A stretch of 64,000 nucleotides of DNA from an uncultured delta proteobacterium (GTDB lineage: Bacteria > Myxococcota_A > Polyangia > Polyangiales > B10-G4), in NCBI GenBank assembly GCA_963727445.1, contig CAVSGI010000020.1:608001-672000 (forward strand), read 5' to 3'. This document shows positions 60,906-64,000 of this stretch, piece after piece. The notes under the pieces are model-generated. The model made no database searches. It saw nothing but the letters and a program-made list of their open reading frames with translations, and was not told where the DNA came from. Numbering within the stretch: position 1 is the first letter of the stretch; every line of letters begins with the position of its first letter. The position numbers and the translations under genes were made by a program.

Positions 60906-61442
60906 ATGTCTGCACGAACGACAGCTTTCCGCCGGCTGTACGCCATTCAAATCGCTCTCTTGCTCGGCCCCGCATCGGGATGCGTCGGCGAAGAGACCCT
61001 GGCCGGGACGTGGCAGGATCTCGACGCGACGACCGCGCTGCCCGACTTTCTCGGTGGCGACCTGCTCGACGTCGACGCCGTGGTCGACCTCGACGACGCA
61101 GCCGTGCCAGGGAGCTTCGAGATGCGCCTCGACATCTCCCATCCCGAAGGGCTCGCCGATTCGATCGACGTGTCCGGAAGCTACGAAGACGACGGCACCG
61201 AGCTCAGCTTCGATTTCGAGGAGTTCCACATCGACGCCGCTTCCTCAAACGACGATTTCGTCGGGGAAGACGGCTCGAAGTGCATCAACCTCTCGGGCTT
61301 CGGCGGTGCGCCGGTCTGCTTTCCCGCGCACCAGGCGAATCCCTACACGCTCGACGGAGGCACGCTCTCCATCGTGATCGAGCAATCGATCTCCGGCGCC
61401 CCGGTCAGCGAGACCCACCTTTCGCTGGTCCCGATGCCATGA
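60906..61442 (+). CDS. Hypothetical lipoprotein (lipocalin-like beta fold possible)
   Basis: Lipobox ASGC; LAGTW; GSYEDDGTEL. Confidence 0.65.
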   Translation: MSARTTAFRRLYAIQIALLLGPASGCVGEETLAGTWQDLDATTALPDFLGGDLLDVDAVVDLDDAAVPGSFEMRLDISHPEGLADSIDVSGSYEDDGTELSFDFEEFHIDAASSNDDFVGEDGSKCINLSGFGGAPVCFPAHQANPYTLDGGTLSIVIEQSISGAPVSETHLSLVPMP

Positions 61443-62806
61443 GCCTCGGTCGCCGAAGCTTCGTTCGGTCGGTGGCGGCGGGCACGGCGGCGTGCGTCGT
61501 CGGCTGCGAGGGTGCGTCGCCCGAGCCCACGGGTGACGCCGCCGTCCCCTGCCCGACGACCCACGACACGGCGCAGCCGCTGGAGCTGGACTTTCCGAGC
61601 GGCAGCTACTTCGATCAGATCTCTGCAGATCTCGACGCCGCCGGCCTCGGTACACCCACCGTCTTCGTCGACATGGACCGGGTCGACGCCAACATCGATG
61701 CCATCGGGAGCGGCATCGGCTCCCCCGACGCGTGGCGCGTCGTCGTGAAGTCGCTTCCGTCGCTCGACCTGCTCTCGTACGTGGCGGAGCGAAGTGGGAG
61801 CCGGCGGCTGCTCGTCCTTCACCTGCCGTTCTGTGGTGAGCTCCTCCGCGCTCGACCCGACGCGCTCATCCTGATGGGGAAGACGCACCGCGCGAGCGCC
61901 GTGCGTCACTTCTTCGAAACGCTGCCCGTCGGAACGGACCTGGCCGACGTCGCCTCTCGGACGACGTTTCTCGCTGACGGCGTGGAGCGTCTGCTGGCGC
62001 TCTCGGAGGTCGGCGCCGCTCTCGGCATCACACTGCGGGTCGCGGTGGAGATCGACGTGGGCCTCAGGCGGAGCGGCGTCTCCGAGCCCGCCGAGCTCGC
62101 GCCCGTGCTCGAGGCCTTCAGCACGACCGACCTGCGCTTTGCTGGCCTCTTGGGCTACGACGGCCACGTGGCCTACACGCCCATCAACACCCCCGCCGCC
62201 GTCGGTGAGGCGTGGACCGAAGCCACCGCTGTATTTCAGAGCTTCGTCGACGTCCTGAACGAACCCGCATTTTCGGCCCTGGCTTCGCTCCCCGATCTGG
62301 TGTTTCACAGCGGCGGCAGCGCGACCTATCCGATGTACGGCTCGGGCACACCGGTCAACGACGTAGCGGCCGGCGGCGGCGTGCTTCGGCCGGGGGCGTA
62401 CCCGAACCACGTCATCGGGGATCTACTTCCCGCGATCTTCATCGCCACCCCTGTCCTTCGCGTCTACGACGAGGCGCGGCTGCCATTCTTCACGGAGGCG
62501 CAGTCGCGCACGGTCTTCGAAGGTCGGCGGGGCCTGACGATCTACGGCGGCGGATGGCCCGCGTTCTACACGCATCCCTTCGACGTGCAGCCTGCGCCCT
62601 TCGTCTCGGATCCCACCGACGTCTCCATGGTTCCGAACCAGGGAATGGTCACCGCGCCCATCGAGACACCCATCGCACCCGGGGACTGGATCTTCTATCA
62701 CCCACGACAGAGCGACGCGCTCTTTCAGTTCGAGGAGATCCGCATGGTGCGCGGCGGACGCCTCGATACCGACGCGACCATGGCGGCCTTTCCCCGGCGC
62801 TACTGA
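61439..62806 (+). CDS. Tat-exported PLP enzyme, alanine-racemase fold (DSD1-like)
   Basis: Tat motif GRRSFV and lipobox-like VVGC; WRVVVKSLPS (PLP Lys), EIDVGLRRSG, GYDGH, SGGSAT. Confidence 0.8.
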   Translation: MSLGRRSFVRSVAAGTAACVVGCEGASPEPTGDAAVPCPTTHDTAQPLELDFPSGSYFDQISADLDAAGLGTPTVFVDMDRVDANIDAIGSGIGSPDAWRVVVKSLPSLDLLSYVAERSGSRRLLVLHLPFCGELLRARPDALILMGKTHRASAVRHFFETLPVGTDLADVASRTTFLADGVERLLALSEVGAALGITLRVAVEIDVGLRRSGVSEPAELAPVLEAFSTTDLRFAGLLGYDGHVAYTPINTPAAVGEAWTEATAVFQSFVDVLNEPAFSALASLPDLVFHSGGSATYPMYGSGTPVNDVAAGGGVLRPGAYPNHVIGDLLPAIFIATPVLRVYDEARLPFFTEAQSRTVFEGRRGLTIYGGGWPAFYTHPFDVQPAPFVSDPTDVSMVPNQGMVTAPIETPIAPGDWIFYHPRQSDALFQFEEIRMVRGGRLDTDATMAAFPRRY

Positions 62807-62812
62807 CCCGCT

Positions 62813-63368
62813 TCAGTCGGCGCCTGGCAGCGGCTCTTCAGTTGCCGCGTTTGGCGCAGGGATGGCCATCAGCGAAGCGACGGTGGGGGCGACGCGGCGC
62901 TGGTCGAGCGCTTCTTCGCCGTGGAGGGCGGTGACTCCCGGGCCCGAGAAGAGAACGGGGACGCGGCGGTCGTAGGGCCACGGCGTGCCGTGGCTGGTGC
63001 CGCGATCCTCGGGTGGGTGATCGTCGGCGAAGTAGTGTTCGTCCGGGACGATGAAGAGGGGGCCAGGGGCGCCACTGGCGATGCTGAGGCCGACGCGGCG
63101 GGCGATGTCGTCCGACGGGGCGAGTCGTCCGCCAGAGCCCGAAGCGCGGAGGGCTTCGGCGTCCGCCGTGTAATAGGCCGCGTGTACACCTTCGAAGGCG
63201 GTGGCCGCCGTGGCCGCGGCTTCGAGGGCGCGATCTACCCGCTCGGGCGCCATCGCCGCGTCGCTCATGAAGACGAAGGGCTCTTCGTAGGCCACGACCC
63301 AATCACCTTCACCGATCGCTTCGTCTACCGCCGCTTCCATGCTGGCCACGAGTGCCGACCGAGTGATC
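62813..63368 (-). pseudogene. 3' fragment of an alkaline phosphatase/PafA-type protein
   Basis: GTSHGTPWPYDRRVPVLFSG and VAPTVASLM C-terminal motifs; no N-terminal catalytic region. Confidence 0.7.
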
Positions 63369-64000
63369 CTCGCCGATCGCGTGGCCTCTCTCGCGGCGGA
63401 GGGCGTCGCCCTCGCGGTCCCCACCGAGCACAACCACGTGGTGGACCTCGCGCCCGCCGCGGCGGCGCTCGATCTCAGCGACGAGCTCGCCACCGTCCCC
63501 GGCGTCGAGGTGACGACCTGGGCTCCACAGCTCGGCCATTTCAACGCCTTCCCCTGGCCCTACGATCCCGAAGACCCTCGCGGAGGTGCGCCGGCGTTTC
63601 GCGGCCAGACGCCCAAGGGGCTCTTCCGCGCGCTCCATGCGGCAGGCCCCGACGTCCTCGTGCAGGTGAATCACCCGAACTTCGAGGACGGCATCGGCTA
63701 CTTCGGTCTGGCCCGGCCGCCGCAGCGAAGCCTCGACTTCGACGCCATCGAGGTGTGGAACGGCTACGACCTCGAACACCTCGAGCGCGTCGAGTCGAAC
63801 CTCGAGCAGTGGATGAAGCTCCTCGCCGCCGGGCATCCGGTGGTGGCGACCGGCAACAGCGACTCGCACGAGGTGCACGGCCAGTGGGCGGGCTACCCCC
63901 GCACCTACGTGCGCGCTCCGGACGGCGTCGCGGATCCCCGCGCCGCCATCCACGCCCTCGCCCGAGGCGAAGCCCTCGTGACCAACGGCCCGCTCCTCTT
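63365..64000 (+). pseudogene. 5'-truncated CehA/McbA-type (PHP-like) metallohydrolase running off the window
   Basis: LADRVASLAAEGV..TEHNH, GVEVT, GHFNAFP, VNHP, IEVWNG, GNSDSH, GYPRTYV, VTNGP; leading HxH motif absent. Confidence 0.75.

Noticed and set aside
1..64000. tRNA, rRNA, transposase, integrase, prophage or defence genes
   Set aside because: No recognisable motifs by eye; tRNAscan-SE, Infernal and DefenseFinder were not run and would be needed to exclude them formally

Overview
GC-rich chromosomal segment, most likely from a myxobacterium (Myxococcota, probably Polyangia/Sandaracinaceae-like; inferred from a TIGR04563-type small protein, a MYXO-CTERM-like anchor, a Hanks kinase with FHA partners and many Cys-rich lipoproteins). 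It holds about 60 CDS: housekeeping genes (pap, purF, purE, lepB, miaE, tsaB, yajQ, htpG, phrB, an S41 protease, a glgA-like gene), a partial complex I operon (nuoE-F-J-K-L-M-N) and many exported proteins. I saw no rRNA, tRNA, CRISPR array, transposase or integrase. Conserved parts of the nuo operon are riddled with indels and several other genes carry single frameshifts, most likely consensus errors. The most notable observations are: (1) an unannotated sigma54-type unit with upstream dyad sites that would express a 22-aa Arg-rich peptide or an sRNA (31635-31910); (2) TAnnnT -10 hexamers 6-9 nt before at least 17 start codons, implying widespread leaderless mRNAs; (3) NuoL with a ~200-aa C-terminal PKD-like extension containing an FHA-like insert; (4) a zinc-ribbon/tandem-FHA/Ser-Thr kinase module plus a Gly/Pro-rich candidate substrate; (5) an intact glgA-like ORF lacking key ADP-glucose-binding residues; (6) a sigma54 operon with a Tat-exported PLP enzyme; (7) a 160-bp hairpin element between nuoK and nuoL; (8) two 5'-truncated genes joined back-to-back at a GATC near the right end. 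Family assignments come from motif recognition by eye; no database searches were run.
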